From Pseudomonadota bacterium (GTDB taxonomy: Bacteria > Pseudomonadota > Alphaproteobacteria > Rhizobiales > Tepidamorphaceae): a stretch of DNA of 64,000 bases. Below the pieces are notes generated by a model. The model made no database searches. It had not been told where the DNA came from and worked only from the letters and a program-made list of their open reading frames with translations. This document shows, piece after piece, positions 63,434 to 64,000 of this stretch (position 1 is its first letter; every line of letters starts with the position of its first letter). The stretch covers positions 365 through 64,364 of the forward strand of contig JBCDCP010000001.1 of the NCBI GenBank assembly GCA_039181495.1. The letters run 5' to 3'. The position numbers were made by a program, and so were the translations under genes.

Positions 63434-64000
63434 ATGACAGAGTCCGCGATTGCGTCTGCAGAGCCTGCCGGCAAGAGGGTCAAAACCCATCTGCCACAGC
63501 CATTGGCTGTGCTTGAATTGCTCAAGCCGATCACATGGTTCGCACCGATGTGGGCCTTCATGTGCGGCATGGTGTCCTCAGGCGTTTCGATCTCGCAAAA
63601 CTGGGTCTTGGCCGTGCTTGGCGTGGTGCTCGCCGGGCCATTGGTCTGCGCCATGAGCCAGGCCATCAATGACTGGCATGATCGCCATGTCGACGCGATC
63701 AACGAACCGGGGCGGCCTATTCCATCGGGGCGGATTCCCGGCCGCTGGGGCCTGTACATCGCAATCGTCTGGACGGCGCTTTCGCTGGCTGTTGCGGCGG
63801 TTCTAGGTATCTGGGTGTTTGTCGCTGCGTGTCTTGGATTGGCTTTGGCCTGGGCCTACTCAGCACCACCACTTCGGCTCAAGAACAATGGCTGGTGGGG
63901 CAACGCGGCTGTCGGCTTTTCCTATGAGGGGCTGGCCTGGTTCACCGGCGCAGCGGCGCTGATCGGCGCGTTTCCGGACTGGCGGATCGTAACGCTCGCG
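63434..64000 (+). CDS. bchG: Bacteriochlorophyll synthase (UbiA prenyltransferase family), 3'-truncated by the window edge
   Basis: Manual translation gives MTESAIASAEPAGKRVKTHLPQPLAVLELLKPITWFAPMWAFMCGMVSSG...AMSQAINDWHDRHVDAINEPGRPIPSGRI (the NDxxDxxxD-type motif). It is not in the ORF track because no stop occurs before the window ends. Confidence 0.9.
   Translation, partial: MTESAIASAEPAGKRVKTHLPQPLAVLELLKPITWFAPMWAFMCGMVSSGVSISQNWVLAVLGVVLAGPLVCAMSQAINDWHDRHVDAINEPGRPIPSGRIPGRWGLYIAIVWTALSLAVAAVLGIWVFVAACLGLALAWAYSAPPLRLKNNGWWGNAAVGFSYEGLAWFTGAAALIGAFPDWRIVTLA

Overview
This is DNA of roughly 60% GC that looks alphaproteobacterial and chromosomal.

Positions 1-21,600 hold ordinary accessory and catabolic genes:
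- a Sel1-repeat/peptidoglycan-binding protein with recent internal tandem duplications
- an RlpA-like lipoprotein, an SDR and a decayed MerR locus
- TctC plus a fused TctA-TctB transporter, next to a 2-hydroxyacid dehydrogenase and a tartrate-dehydratase-like enolase-superfamily enzyme
- a PhyH-family dioxygenase and NnrS
- a carnitine/quaternary-amine-type catabolic cluster (Rieske oxygenase, two SDRs, BKACE, aldehyde dehydrogenase, carnitine-dehydrogenase-like enzyme, GlxA/AraC regulator)
- a MarR-GNAT fusion

From about 21,685 to the right edge the window is a photosynthesis gene cluster (PGC) of about 42 kb in Rhodobacter/Roseobacter-like order: bchIDO-crtIB-tspO-(crtC,crtD reverse)-crtEF-bchCXYZ-pufQ-like-pufBA | idi-bchJ-bchE (reverse) | orf125 | crtA-hemA-puhE-acsF-orf110-puhA-lhaA-bchMLHBNF (reverse) | ppaA-ppsR-bchG (partial). 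pufA (43 aa) is too short for the ORF track and was found by reading the sequence.

The main oddity is that pufL/pufM (and any pufC/pufX) and puhB/puhC are absent at exactly the two junctions where conserved synteny predicts them. puhA, the LH1 genes and all pigment-pathway genes look intact.

TGT-N12-ACA (PpsR/CrtJ-type) palindromes lie in at least seven promoter regions, and several of them double as TTGACA -35 boxes. I saw no tRNA, rRNA, CRISPR array, IS element or integrase. All functional calls rest on motif recognition and remembered synteny, not on database searches.
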